Below, in pieces: positions 24,934 through 38,126 of a DNA stretch of 64,000 nucleotides (position 1 is its first letter; each line of letters opens with the position of its first letter). A model generated the notes under the pieces. It searched no databases. It saw only the letters and a program-made list of their open reading frames with translations, and was not told where the DNA came from. Both the position numbers and the translations under genes were made by a program. Origin of the DNA: Octopus sinensis (taxonomy: Eukaryota); the NCBI RefSeq assembly GCF_006345805.1, contig NC_042998.1:164796001-164860000 (forward strand). The letters run 5' to 3'.

Positions 24934-25015
24934 AGGCGGCGAGCTGGACGAAATGCGTAGCCGTATTTCGCTCTAACGAGTAATATTACTAACCGTTTCT
25001 TAATTATAATTTATT

Positions 25016-25077
<62 letters not shown>

Positions 25078-25220
25078 CCTTGAAACTTGGTGGACGAGGG
25101 CCAGTTGGTGAAAGGACAGACCCACTTCAGAAGAATTTGTACTCAGAACGTAAAGAGCCAGAAGAAATACTGGTAAACACTTTGTTCGATATGCAAACGA
25201 TTCTGCCTGTAAGCCCCCAA
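24934..25220. mobile_element. OK head fragment (+), (AAT)n, and a decayed OK copy (-)
   Basis: 'aggcggcgagctgg' at 24934; (aat)n 25018-25076; 'atttgtactcagaacgtaaag...aacgattctgcc'. Confidence 0.6.
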
Positions 25221-25454
25221 TAACAATGACGATGATTTTGATGATGAGAGTGGTGGTGGTGGTGGTGGTGGTGGTGATGGTCGTCGTCGTCATCGTCGTT
25301 GTAATATTTGCTGTAGTATTAATCGATTCGATACGACAGTCTCATTTTCCTGACGGAAATCATCAAACAAGGTAAGGAAATTAAGTAGAAAGAAGTATAT
25401 TTTCTTACCTTTCCTTTTCGCTTCTTTCATTATTTTCTGTTGATTTATTAATAA

Positions 25455-25815
25455 TCTTTTAATTGTTTCAGTCTTTGATCTGCGGTCATGCTGGGGCACA
25501 ACCTTAAATGTTTTAGTCGGACAAATCAGCCGCAAAACTTTTTTTCTCTTTAAGCCTGATACTTATTCTATCAATTGCTTTTCGTCGAACCGTTTAGTTA
25601 TGAGGACATAAACAAACTAATAGCGCTTTTCTACTCACACGCGCGCGCGCGCGAGACATGCTTCTTTCAGTTTCCTTCTACCAAATCCACTCGCAAGGCT
25701 TCGGTTCACCAGGGGTTATGGTAGAAGACACTTGCCCAAGGTGCCACGCAGTGAGACTGAACCCAGAACCATATGGCTGGGAAGCAAGCTTCTTACCACA
25801 TAACCACGCTTTCGC
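25455..25815 (-). mobile_element. OR2-like CORE SINE, full length
   Basis: 'gacacttgcccaaggtgccacgcagtgagactgaacccag...ggaagcaagcttcttaccac'. Confidence 0.88.
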
Positions 25816-26559
25816 TTATTTTAATTTGTCATGGACACTACCACTGTCTCAACCTTCATCATCCTCAGCATCAACGTAACCATCTATACCGTTCTCATAA
25901 TCATCATCATTATCTGCATCACTATAGCTACCACTACTACAACCCACTACCACCACCACCACCATCGCCACCCTCATTATCACTGTAATTATCATCATCA
26001 CCAACATTAGCAGTACCACATCGACGACCGCCGCCACCACAACCACCATCATCAACTTCAGCAGCAATAGCGTCTTCAAACCAGAAAATAAAAATACTTA
26101 TTTCCCCGAAATATAAGACAAAGACACACAAAAAAAAAAAATGGAGCCAATACCAATAATAAAAAAATATAAGTTCTTTGAAGAATGTCAAAATGTGTCT
26201 TTGAGTTGGCTAAGATGATTATGGAATTATGCATACAGAAATAATCGAATATTGCATAAAGCCTTGTTGTGGTGGGTAAGTATGGCGCTAAGCTAACAAT
26301 AAGGAGACCAAAATCTGAAAAGGCGTCCATATTACTGAGTGATAATAATGGTAATTGTCCATTATTTGGCAATGCCGACTGACATGATTTCGAAAGTGGA
26401 ATGTCAGGTGACAATACAGCATTTGATGACTTTGTTTGTCTCTTGCTCTCTCACGCTTTATCTCCGCGTTCTCTCTTTCTATCCGTTATTATCCCATCTC
26501 TCTCTCCCCTATTTCTCTCATACACACAATCTCTCACCCCCCCTTCTCTCTCTCTCTCG

Positions 26560-26576
26560 CTCTCTATATATATATA

Positions 26577-26624
<48 letters not shown>

Positions 26625-26801
26625 GTATATAGTATGTATTATATATATATATATATTATCGCATTATATAACACGTATATATACACATAAGCATATGTAT
26701 TTATATACATATGTGGATATATATTATATATACATGTGCATGTATATATATAAGTATACATTTATATATAGGTACACACATATACACACAGATATATATA
26801 T

Positions 26802-26839
<38 letters not shown>

Positions 26840-26843
26840 ATAC

Positions 26844-26882
<39 letters not shown>

Positions 26883-26930
26883 ATATATAGATATATATTA
26901 TATATATATACATACATACATATATATGAA
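26560..26930. repeat. (TA)n-rich microsatellite field
   Basis: Interrupted TA repeats; similar fields at 17400-17620, 27570-27920, 41130-41350, 41700-42170 and 45800-46010. Confidence 0.95.
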
Positions 26931-27568
26931 ACTATCATTATATGCTATCTATTTGTCTATCCACAATAATTCTGTCTCTGCCATAACAGAATGAATTCCA
27001 CAAAAGGGTAGCAACTAACTGTTATTAATACGACTCACGCAATCAGTTCCGAATAACCAAACAAACAAAATTTTACTCGCTAGCCATTCTACCCAAACTT
27101 TTGTCTCTTCACCGTTTCTATGCGACCATCTCTCAAGCTCAGTATCTATGCATCTCTTTACCTCCTGACTACTGTTTCTCTTCCTCTCATTTCTATATTC
27201 CTCATTTTGTATCTGTAATATACTTTTTATTTTTTCTTTCCCTTTCTCATTCCATTGGTTAACTTTATCATCTCTCCCCTCCCCGCTCTCTCTCTCTCTC
27301 TTCTCTACTCTATTGTTTCATCTTCCTTTGCATTTTCTTTCTATCCTGTCTCCTATTATACCTGTTTATATGTTTCTGTACTTTTGTCTTATTATATTAT
27401 GTTTGTTTATCAAAGAGTCTTATTGGAAATTCTTAACTTATACTTTCATTTCCAAATATTTCTCTAGCCGATTGAGAAGTGCTGAATCGGCTGTGAAATA
27501 GGGATTCATTGCAGCAAAAATAAGAAAAAATAAGAAAGATAATACCAAATACAAAGGTCCATTAATCC

Positions 27569-27600
<32 letters not shown>

Positions 27601-27608
27601 GTATGTAT

Positions 27609-27656
<48 letters not shown>

Positions 27657-27662
27657 ATGTTG

Positions 27663-27695
<33 letters not shown>

Positions 27696-27930
27696 ATATA
27701 TATATTATATATTTATATATATATACATATATATACACGCATATACATAAAGATATCTATGTATATAAAGATTATGAAGCAGAAAGCAATTACAAATCAC
27801 AAAATCAACGCATATTTGATATATATACATATATATATATATATATTATATATATATATATATAATATATATAATATATATATATGTGTGTATGTGCGTA
27901 TGTATATATGTACATATATATAAATATACG

Positions 27931-27962
<32 letters not shown>

Positions 27963-28295
27963 AGTGACAGAGAGAAAGTGCAAATGGATCACAATAAGTG
28001 TATATGCATACAGAAACGTAAATGGATTCTCCGTCGGCTTGCAAGAATAATGAATATCCCATTTACTCGCTCAACGCAATCCTTTTTTTTTTTCAGTGGA
28101 TTATGCAAAATGCAAAGACGAATCATTCCACAGACATTCAACTTAACCTTCGTGTAAGAATCAGGGACAACACAATGGGTTAAAAAATGCTGGGCCTTCT
28201 AATTTCAGGTACATGCTAGCTGACATTTCCGGCTTTTGACTATGTTGAGGATCGACCTGAATGTATTATACACACTCACAAACACACACACACAA

Positions 28296-28341
<46 letters not shown>

Positions 28342-28543
28342 CACACACACACACACACACACACAAATACGTGTGTGCCTCTGTGTGTCTTAGTGTTTAT
28401 GCCCATCAACGCTTGATAACCGAGAATGTTGTTCTTTTACGTTCCCGCAACTTAGCAATTTGGCCAAAAAGACCTATAGAATAAATACGCAGTGCACCAG
28501 CGTAGCCATAGTCTATTGACTGAAATAATAATAAAAGAATATA

Positions 28544-28593
<50 letters not shown>

Positions 28594-28653
28594 TATATAT
28601 ATGTGTGTGTTGTGTGTGTGTGTGTGTATATATATATATAATATATATATATA

Positions 28654-29748
28654 CAGTGTACATTTAAAGACTAAAGAGGTATCCATCATAGGACTACCTG
28701 CACGTTAAAGGGGACAATTAAATTCCAAACCACTATTAGGGATAAAATTTCGAATGGAATGAAAAATAATATGTGGAAGCACTCCGTCGGTTACGACGAC
28801 GAGGGTTCCGGTTGATCCGAATCAACGGAACAGCCTGCTCGTGAAATTAACGTGTAAGTGGCTGAGCACTCCACAGACACGTGTACCCTTAACGTAGTTC
28901 TCAGCGTAACACAGAGAGTGATAAGGCCGGCCCTTTGAAATACAGATACAACAGAAACAGGAAGTAAGAGAAAGTTGTGGTGAAAGAGTACAGCAGGGAA
29001 CACCACCATCCCCTGCCGGAGCCTCGTGGAGCTTTTAGGTGTTTTCGCTCAATAAACACTCACAACGCCCGGTCTGGGAATCGAAACCACGATCCTATGA
29101 CCGCGAGTCCGCTGCCCTAACCACTGGGCCATTGCGCCTCCACACAAAATTATTGTATGCGGATAACGGCAAAGTTGAAGAAATTAAGAAATTCGCGGCG
29201 CAGTCACGTGGGTTTAGAACTTGATTCTATAGCGTGCTCAGTTAGTAGATGGAAACGCTTTGAAAATCTGTCAGATGGGTCTTTTCTATACGTAGGTGAT
29301 ATTATCGAAAAATAGTATCTCTACCATGTAACTCCTGAACCAATGGTTTCAGACTTTTTTAGCAAATAAAATAATTTGCAAGGCGAATCTTCAGCAGGTA
29401 CACCTTAGATTAAATATATATACAAGATGCAATCCAGTATACACCCCGTGTTTATACATTCTAATTTTTCAAATCTACCGCGCAAGCTCAGCTCCCTGTC
29501 TGCAGTAAATAAATATGCCGGCTTTATCATTTCGAAAATTATCCAAGAAAAAATTTATCAATAATTAATAATGTCAAAGGGTAATCTTAAATATTAGAAA
29601 TTTCTTTACCAGGAGTTAGATGGTAAATATTTTTATTTTTCATTCTATTGGAAATGTTATCCCTAATAGTGGTTTGGAATTTAACTATCCTTTCTAGCTT
29701 TCAGGTAGTCCTATGATGGATACCTCTTTTGTGTTTAAATGTACACTA
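28654..29748. mobile_element. Non-autonomous TIR element (Tc1/mariner-like ends) with long TIRs
   Basis: ta|cagtgtacatttaaa...ctacctg...ccaaaccactattagggat (28654-28770) is inverted at 29631-29748. Confidence 0.85.
28773..29143 (-). mobile_element. tRNA-derived SINE (OR1-like), tail X
   Basis: Sense head gtggaggcgcaatggcccagtggttagggcagcggac with A-box TGGCCCAGTGG and B-box-like GTTTCGATTCC; tail ends ...cgacggagtgcttcc. Confidence 0.9.
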
Positions 29749-29832
29749 TTTATATGAATAATATATAGTCTATTGGCTAAATTTTGGTACTGAAATTTCT
29801 AATATTTCAGATTACCTTTTGATATTATTAAT

Positions 29833-29887
<55 letters not shown>

Positions 29888-30703
29888 CTATATATATATA
29901 TATATATATATATAAATGTATATATAATCCTGTTTCCTTAACTTAAGCTTTTACCTGTCTTGTGCATCACTCCCTGATATCCATGATGCACATTCCCAGT
30001 GATTTTAAACCAACAGAGTTACTTGAGATTTATGGAAGAAAAGCTTTACATTGTTCAAAACATATCGAACAAGGTCAAACAAAAAGTCTGGAAAAAAGCA
30101 TAGACGTTTAAGACAAATTCATGAGAATGATTTCGGCAGGCAAAGGGTTACAGATTTTAATTATATCTGATTTTGTTTCATAATTCAGGGTGTTTCGGGC
30201 ATATTCGGGGCATAGCTCCCGAATACATCTCGCAAGAAACAAAATATATTATTTTATACAGATTTCCTACATTGGCATAAGGCCACAAATTTTGCTAATA
30301 TTTATTTCCAGACATTCCTGTTTTCGAACACTTTCTTTGAGATATCTGGTTACGATTAACGCAGCTAGTTAATATAATTGTCAGGAATACATGCATTCTT
30401 TCTGGGTCTCTCTGCTATGGGTTCAAATCCCACTGAGATGAATTTTGTTTTTCGTTTTTTTTCACGTTGATAATTATTATGGTCATTATCACTCACTTTT
30501 TGAGTCCTTGAGTTTCCCTCGCATTATATCTGTAATAACAGTTAGACCTAGTTAGACTGTGGTGTGTTGATTCGGTTTGAAAGTTATACGTGTTTGTGGA
30601 AGGTAAAACTGCTTTCTGTCTAAGTTGCTAAGTTTACATCCACAAGGCGGTGATTGAGCAGTTGTTTGGACGCTAGTTACTTGGTACGGCTGACTGGACA
30701 TTG

Positions 30704-30990
30704 GGTCTATTTTAGCGACAGTCCGTTTTGGCACTAGAGCAGACACATACATGCATACAAATTGAGAGAGAGATATCATGATTTATTAATTGAACACAAT
30801 TGACATCAATTCTTGGCCTCTTCTTATACACATAAAGACAACTATGCACACACGTAAAAACGGAGAGAGATGGTGGAGAGAACGAGAGAAACTTTAAATC
30901 GGGAGAAAGATTAAAATGTCTGTCAAATAAGTCAGCGTCGAATCAGCGACGCCAAATAGGCAACACCAAAACGACTATGCCGAAATGTCT
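30704..30990. repeat. MITE-like repeat, paralogous to 34903-35222
   Basis: Shared 'ttttggcact', 'atttattaattg.acacaattgac', 'cttatacacataaa', 'aaagattaaaatg', 'ccaaaacg'. Confidence 0.6.
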
Positions 30991-31102
30991 AATAAACATT
31001 TGCAAGTAAGAATTTAGTTAAATAAAACACCACCAGTAAGAACTTCGTCTATGTTTGGTGAAGCAACGTGAAGTTTGGGAAATGAAAACTCGGTGGAATA
31101 CT

Positions 31103-31612
31103 GGTTCAAGCACTCCATTTAATGCCACATAGGTTTTTTTCATTTTTTTTTTTTTGAATTTTCAGAAAATCTTTACGAATTTGTGTTTTACATGTGGAAA
31201 TTCATAAGATTGAAGAAATTTTTTTTTTTCTAAATTTTTAAAACCTCCATGAATCCTAAAAGTTCCACTCTTTTTCAATTTTCTTTTAATCAGAGTTTAA
31301 AATGCGGGCAGTACGAATTTTTTTTTTTTTTGCCTAAATCCCAGCAATATACCACACTTGGGTACATCATCATTCCGTTAAATGTGTTTATAGAGAGAAA
31401 AATATTGAAAAACATCAATACATGTCAGAGAAAAAAAGAAACTAAGAAGGTTATAAGATGTGCTTAAAATGACGGTTAAATCACCCTTACATTACACACA
31501 AAATTCTTTGCATAGTCTTATGGATTCCTGTGTGTGGAATACAAATTCGCAAAAAGTTTCTGAAAATTCCAAAATATAAAAAAGTTATGAGGAATTATGC
31601 AGGGTGCTGAAA
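31103..31612. mobile_element. Old MITE with imperfect TIRs of about 100 bp
   Basis: 'gaattttcagaaaatctttacgaatttg' versus 'caaattcgcaaaaagtttctgaaaattc'. Confidence 0.7.
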
Positions 31613-31831
31613 CCAGAATTCGCCAAAAACTTTATAGCTCATTATACCAACTCAGGTATTTGAAACTTCTTTTTAATAGACCATTGGATATAATGTAGGA
31701 TAAAGTCGACCGTTACAAGATTTGAACTCAAAATTTAAAGCATAATTAAATAACACAAGGTATTTTTCCTGTGCTTTAACTATTGTGACATGATGATAAA
31801 ACTGCTCTCTTTGAATAATTTGTATGTTTTC

Positions 31832-32047
31832 AAGGCGGCGACCTGGAAGAATCGTTAGTACACTGGGCGAAATGCTTAGCGGCATTGCGTCTGCCTTTAC
31901 GTTCTGAGTTCAAATTCCGCCGAGGTCGACTTTGTCTTTCATCTTTCCGGGTCGATAAATTAAGTACCAGTTGCGTACTGGAGTCGATCTAATCGACTGG
32001 CCCCCTCACCCAAAATGTCGGACCTTGTGCATAGAGAAGAAAAGAAC
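31832..32047 (+). mobile_element. OK-like SINE with 15-bp TSD
   Basis: aatttgtatgttttc (31817-31831) and aatgtgtatgttttc (32048-32062). Confidence 0.92.
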
Positions 32048-32415
32048 AATGTGTATGTTTTCGAATGATTATATAGTGTTTATTCACACGGTGTATGTTT
32101 AATGTGGTCGGAGTACATTCTTATACACATACACTACACGCACGCACTCTACTTCTCCCTCTCTTTCTCTCTCATGTCCTCCCTTTCTGTCTCCCTCTCC
32201 CACTATCTATCTATCTATTTATCTATCTTCTGCTCTTACACACACGTATGCATATATCAATACAACGATACACAGGCATATAAACATCTTCGCCCTGTGC
32301 ATACCACATCGCATCACACACATTCTTAATACATACACATGAAGTAACACATGCAAAGAGAAAGATGTGGGTAGATATTCGTGTGTGTTTGCGCGCGCAG
32401 AGGTGTGTGTGTGTA

Positions 32416-32448
<33 letters not shown>

Positions 32449-32730
32449 ATGTTTGTGTGTGTCTGTCTGTGTGTCTGTGTGTGTGTGTGTGTGTGTGCAG
32501 AAAATTGCGAAAATGGGGTAAAAATGTTGAACAAAATTTTGTGAGAATATTGTAGCAGAATTGAAGAGTAAAAAAAGGAGACACAGAGTGAGAGTGAAAG
32601 AGAAAGAGGGAGAGAGAGAAGTTGGATAGGGAGCTGATAGAAATAGATGAACAAGCAGATACGGAGGGAGAAATAGGTACAGGAATATAGCTCTAAAATA
32701 GCAGGTTTTCCACACACATACACACACACA

Positions 32731-32779
<49 letters not shown>

Positions 32780-32951
32780 TATATATATTTGAATGTATAT
32801 ATATATACAGAGATTGGTAGAGAGTGAGGGAAAGACACAGAAACAGAAGGAGAGGAAGAAAGAAAGGAAAATAATACATGCAAGAAAGGATGTTCCAGAT
32901 AAGGACTTGTACAGACCAAACCAAAAACGTAATCTCTCTTTTTCGTCGTAG

Positions 32952-33048
32952 TTTTCTGCGGAGACACATTGTCCAGGTCTTTGCCTTCAACAATTCCCCT
33001 TCGGTGAAGTTGGAATCTGTATAAATGATTCGAAACCTTATCAGTTTG
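32952..33048 (+). CDS. Candidate 97-nt coding exon, product unknown
   Basis: Acceptor 'ctctctttttcgtcgtag', donor 'G|gtaatc'; only the phase-0 frame is open: FSAETHCPGLCLQQFPFGEVGICINDSKPYQF. Confidence 0.25.
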
Positions 33049-33181
33049 GTAATCTTGCAGTACTCCTGTTGATATAATATTTATCTTTTCGTTGTTTTGT
33101 TCTCATCTTCAATATATTTATTTATTCATTTATTCTGGCTGTTGTTTAGTTTCCATACTTCCAACAAATATGTGTATGTAC

Positions 33182-33212
<31 letters not shown>

Positions 33213-33287
33213 TGTATGTATGTATGTATGTATGTATGTATGTATGTATGTATGTATGTATCTGTATACGTGTGTGTGCGTGTATAT

Positions 33288-33334
<47 letters not shown>

Positions 33335-33749
33335 CGTTGTTTCCATATGTCCCTCTGAGTCCGTACATGTGTGATATTATGATTTTGTTATGATTCGGAA
33401 TAAATTAAATCACATTTGTTATATTTGTGAGAAACAAATATGCATTAGCATAAAAGTGCTCTCATATAGTTACACATGCACGAACACGTACCCATACTCG
33501 TATATATCGAATCATATATAGGCGTCTTTTTCTGTAAATATCTACACAGGCACATGTATTTATGTTTATTATATACACACAAACACACACACACAGACAC
33601 ATACACATACACAAGTAGTCATAAATATCTACATACATTTACACACAGACTCGGAGATTCATCTGGATATTCACGGATTTGGTTACACCTGAAAATCTTG
33701 TAAGAATTCTTGAACAGTAACATTTGGAATGAGTTCAAAACATGGTAGA

Positions 33750-34900
33750 GGTTGTTGCAGACAGAAGGCCATTCACAGTTTAAGAACGCTTGCACCCTTG
33801 TTCACAGTTTATGAGAAGAGGATACAGGGATTATTTTGCACTGAGAATCGAAAATTTCCTGGGATTTCATTAAATGTTTTCATATATTGAACGAAAATAT
33901 GTACAGTCTGATAAATTCCTTCTCTGTGGCCCTTGGTCTAGTAAAACAACTATCAAAATTAAAGTTCTGTTTGCTATCAGCTCTAAAACTAAAACAACAA
34001 TAGCAAAATCAAAAAGGGCAATCAGAGTGTCGTTGTCAGACTAAAACATCTATAAACACAAAACAAATCGAGAAAAAAATATCTGCAAAAAATCTTGTGC
34101 AACTCCCATTTAGGACTCGCAAGAATAACCTCTCACAAACAATATAATGAAACTACTATGGAGACAATTTTGTCAAGCTCAGACCACCCGGGCCTACCTC
34201 AGACTACTTGGTTACAAATAAAGATGGATCTACGAAGTAGATTCACGAAGTAGAAGGTCGTGTACAAAAGGCTGAACGTCTGACGCTCAAGATCGGAAAG
34301 TTTGGTAAGCCGGAGTTGTTAAATCAATTTTGCAGATATTATGGATGTAAAAGTGATGGATCTGTCAGACAAAAGAACAACAAAAACAATTACAAAATAC
34401 CAATAAAAAAACACAAACCACGACGACTATAAAGGCAACTGCAACCAAACTAAATCCAATAGCAATAGATGGATAAACTACATAAGCAAACATTAAGCAA
34501 TGAATAACAACAGCAGCAAGTAAATCATAAACAATGACCCAACAACAAACGCAACACCAACTACAAGACCCACATAACAAACACTTCTGAAGTTTATTGC
34601 TGTTTACAGGAGCAAAGGAATGATGCATTTTATTAAATCGCAAGCATCCTAAAACAGTGAAGAAACAAATGGAATGCGATAGAGATATTCCTGAAAAAAT
34701 GGTGACGATATCACTGAGAGTAGGAGGAGAAATTTTATACTGGATGTGGAGCCATTCACAAAAAACCGAGGGGCTCAAAATGCTGGAGGAGCCGATTAGG
34801 GAATATTAAACAAAACGTATCATACAACCTAATACCGGAATGAGACGAACTGGTGCAGCAGTTTGGGCGCAGATGATTTGGAACATCTGATTGGACATTC
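33750..34900 (+). pseudogene. Very decayed L1-like RT relic (tentative)
   Basis: Scattered motif remnants SWDFI (about 33857), KIKKG and EGLKML (about 34770) in different frames. Confidence 0.35.
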
Positions 34901-34902
34901 AG

Positions 34903-35222
34903 CCTGCTTTAGCGAAAGTACATTTTGGCACTGAAGCAAACGTACTCACAAGCACGTGAACAGAAATGTACACGTATAGATAGAAAGAGAGAGAAGGGAG
35001 TAAGAGATATTCAATTTATTAATTGTACACAATTGACTTAAACAATTTTCCTCTCCTTATACACATAAAAAAGAAGTGTCCTCATGAACTTAAACAGAGA
35101 GTGAGGTGGGGAAAAAAGATTAAAATGAGAGACACATTAAAATATTTGATATCAAATTGGGCAGCATCGAATTACCGATATCCAAATAAGTGGTGCCAAA
35201 ACGGTTGTGCCAAAAATGTCCC
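34903..35222. repeat. MITE-like repeat, paralogous to 30704-30990
   Basis: Inverted ends 'attttggcac' and 'gtgccaaaa'. Confidence 0.6.
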
Positions 35223-35289
35223 ATACTCAAAATTAATGCGAACAGTAAAGCAAGTCATCTAATCGTATTTTTAGCTAAAACGAGCATCA

Positions 35290-35730
35290 AACGACATGAT
35301 CTTGAGGGTGCTTGGAAGCTAATTTGATTCTATGTTTACATACGATATCTCTTGTGAGACTAACATCTTTGAGCCTCATGTACTCTCGCTCATTCTAAAC
35401 TAATACATGGTTTTAAATCTTTATTTTGTGAAATGAATTGAAGGATCTTAAAGTATAGATGTCCCTTCTGAACTCTGTAAATTTGTCGCCCAAGGGCAGT
35501 GTAATAGCAAAGACTCTTCATTGAGGCTTGTGGCCATGGAACTGGAACTGGAAGGCCACATTTCTTCAGGCATCAAGAAATTTTCCCAGTGTATGGAATG
35601 GGATTCTAAACGTATGAATTCTTTGGAGGTTTTAAACAAAGGGAAGAATGTAAATGCCCTTCAGAGCTGATCCGAAATTTCCAAATGACTGACAGGTGTC
35701 AAATGAATTGCTTGAATATGCTAACATGAT
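35290..35730 (-). pseudogene. Tc1/maT-like transposase C-terminal relic
   Basis: WENFLMPEEMWPSSS...ATSLNEESL...PW resembles WPPSSPD...ATPHPNVESL...AW with an internal deletion. Confidence 0.4.
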
Positions 35731-35733
35731 CAC

Positions 35734-35930
35734 TAGGCGGTGAGCTACCAGAATCGTTAGCATGGCGGGCAAAATGCATAGCGGAATTCCGTCCAACTTT
35801 ACGTTCAAAAGTTCAAATTCCGCAGGATCATCCTTTCGGGATCGATAAAACAAGTACCAGCTGAGCACTGGTGTCGATGTAATCAACTTACCCCTCTCCC
35901 AAAATTGCTAGCTTTGCGCCAAAAATTTTA
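35734..35930 (+). mobile_element. OK-like SINE
   Basis: 'aggcggtgagctaccagaatcgttag...catcctttcgggatcgataaaacaagtacc'. Confidence 0.85.
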
Positions 35931-36499
35931 AAGCATCAAGTTACCGGATAGCAGCAATCTACAATGTCTACAACTTACTGTGATTTTATGGCTTATCTAA
36001 ACTAAGATTTTATGGCTTATCTAAACTCTTGTCTTGATAACATATCACGATTCCTGGAAATTGAACACGTCGGTCCAGATATAGCACGATTACAAGAACT
36101 GGGTTAGCTAGCTATTTAAGCATGTATGGGTGGGAGTAATCATAAACAATAGTTAGTTGGTGCTATTATAGAGGAAAATTACAATTTATTTGGTCTAGTA
36201 AGGAATTAGCATTTGAGAACAATAGATTGGGTGATTATTCAGCAAAAAGTAATTAAGGTTGATATCGCATCCAAAGTGCAAGCAATTAGAATATAAGATA
36301 CAAGGGAACGTGACTTGCATACGATGGAGACGTCACCATCATGCTGTTGGTACGCAACCTGCACAGAAATAGGTAGCTTATAGTAACTTACACTAATCAG
36401 GACAAGTTTGTGAGCTTCTACAGAGGGTGGTAAGACCATGCTGGCGAGCATCTCTTGCTCAATGGTTTGATTTAGGAGCTCACTGCCGGATTGAGTCGT

Positions 36500-37280
36500 A
36501 GTAGAAATTGACTTTGCCCATTCTTTAGTTCAAATTCAATCGAGATTGATTTTGTCTTTCATCCTTTCAGGGTCGATGATATACTTTTCTACTCTAGGCA
36601 CAAGGATCGAAATTGGGGGGGGGGGATGGGGCTAGTCGATTAGATCGACCCCAGTACGCAACTGGTACTTTATTTATCGACTTCGAAATGATGAAAGGCA
36701 AAGTCGACCTCGGCGGAATTTGAACTCAGAACGTAAAGGCAGAGTAACTACCACTAAGCATTTCGCTCGGCGTGCTAACGTTTCTGCCAACTCGCTGCCT
36801 TGTGTCAGTCAAGCACTGAGGTCGATGTAATCGACTAGCATCCCATCCTCCAAAATTTTAAGCCTTGTACTTGTAGTAGAAAGTTGATGAGCTGGCAGAA
36901 TCGTTAATAAGCCGGGCAAAATGCTAAGCGGTATTTCTGTGATCATATCCCACTGAGGTTGACTTTGCCTTTCAGGGTCGATAAAATAAATACGCATCAT
37001 ATACAGGGGTCGATTTAATCGACTTGCCCCACTTCCCCGAAATGATTGGCCTTGTGCCAAAGTATGAAACCCTTATTATTATCATTGTTAAGGCGTCGAT
37101 CTGGCAGAATTGTTAGCGCATCGGGTAAAATGCTTAGCGGTATTTCGTACATTCTGAATTCAAATTCCGCCGAAGTTGACTTTGCCTTTCGTCCTTTCGA
37201 GACACTGGGGTCGATGTAATCGACTAATCTCCCCACCCAAAATTTTAAGCCGTGTGCCGTCAGTAGAAAGGACTATTATC
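36500..37280. mobile_element. Cluster of four OK-like SINEs; a minus copy (36582-36801) is nested inside a plus copy
   Basis: Plus-strand body stops at about 36580 and resumes at about 36805; further plus copies at 36886 and 37088. Confidence 0.85.
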
Positions 37281-37304
37281 ATTATTGTTGCTGTTGTTGT
37301 CTTT

Positions 37305-37785
37305 TTCTTCTTCTTCCAATCAGGACTCACAGCATTAGCCACAAAGAATAATCTCTAATTCGAGCCTACTCTAAGCTACTAAGAATGTGTGCGGTAACTT
37401 GAAGATCCGCCCACCACATGCGATAGACTGGCGGTTGTACGGGTGCGAAAGCTACGTTGTTATCCTCATTCCGTAAACGGTAGCTTTTAACGGGTGGAGA
37501 ATTGAACCATCCTGGGGTACAGAGGATTCACAATCGAGACTAGGTTCTGAAAGTTTACCACACCATAGTGGGTTAGACCATAGTTCCTCTGCTTTGTGGC
37601 AGAAGTAGGAAGAAAGAGTGAGAGAAAGTTGTGGTGAAAGAGTACAGCGGGGTTCACCACCACCACCCCGTCGGAGCCTCGTGGAGCTTGCGTGTTTTTG
37701 CTTAATAAACACTCACAATGCCCGGTCTGGGAATCGAAACCGCGTTCGTACGACTGCCCTAACCACTGGGCCATTGCGCCTCCAC
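37305..37785 (-). mobile_element. OR1-like head with a different 3' tail (tail Z)
   Basis: Same head as 28773-29143; tail ends ...gtcctgattg(gaa)n in sense. Confidence 0.8.
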
Positions 37786-37805
37786 TTCCGTTGTTGCTGT
37801 TGTTG

Positions 37806-38015
37806 TTAAAGCGGCGGATTGGCAGAATCGTTAGGAGCCGGGCAAAATGCTTAGCGCTTTTCTTGTCTTTACGTTCTGAGTTTAAATTCCGCCGAGTTCG
37901 GCAACGTCTTTCATCCTATTGGGATCGATAAAATAAGTACCAGTTGAAAACTGGGGTCGATGTAATCGACTAATCCCTTCCCCCAAGTTTTCAAGCTTTG
38001 TGCCAATAGTAAAAA
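37806..38015 (+). mobile_element. OK-like SINE
   Basis: 'aaagcggcggattggcagaatcgttag...ttgtgccaatagtaaaaag'. Confidence 0.85.
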
Positions 38016-38059
38016 GACTTGCTGTTGCTGTTGTCGCTGCTGCTGTTGTGAGTAGCAGT

Positions 38060-38066
38060 TGTTGTT

Positions 38067-38125
<59 letters not shown>
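38060..38125. repeat. (AGT)n microsatellite
   Basis: Perfect agt run; (AAAG)n at about 38236-38275 and (GAT)n at about 38890-38940 nearby. Confidence 0.95.

Positions 38126-38126
<1 letters not shown>

Noticed and set aside
27024-27038. attaatacgactcac, matching the T7 promoter upstream part
   Set aside because: Lacks TATAGGG and has no vector context; treated as coincidence
19040-28153. Possible chain of small plus-strand exons (about 19040-19125, 25317-25371, 26240-26276, 27477 onward, 28097-28153)
   Set aside because: Phases can be joined in several incompatible ways, I recognise no product, and such splice-like sites arise often by chance; needs RNA-seq
28773-29143. tRNA-like heads as real tRNA genes
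   Set aside because: No acceptor stem closure; they continue into SINE bodies, and related copies have TSDs
32223-32993. Longest ORFs in the track (256 aa, 213 aa) and similar CV/YI/HT-rich ORFs throughout
   Set aside because: They are translations of CA/TG/TA/TATG microsatellites, which lack stops in several frames
35459-35611. 153-nt symmetric exon-like frame (DVPSELCKF...)
   Set aside because: Better explained as the antisense of a decayed Tc1/maT transposase; weak acceptor
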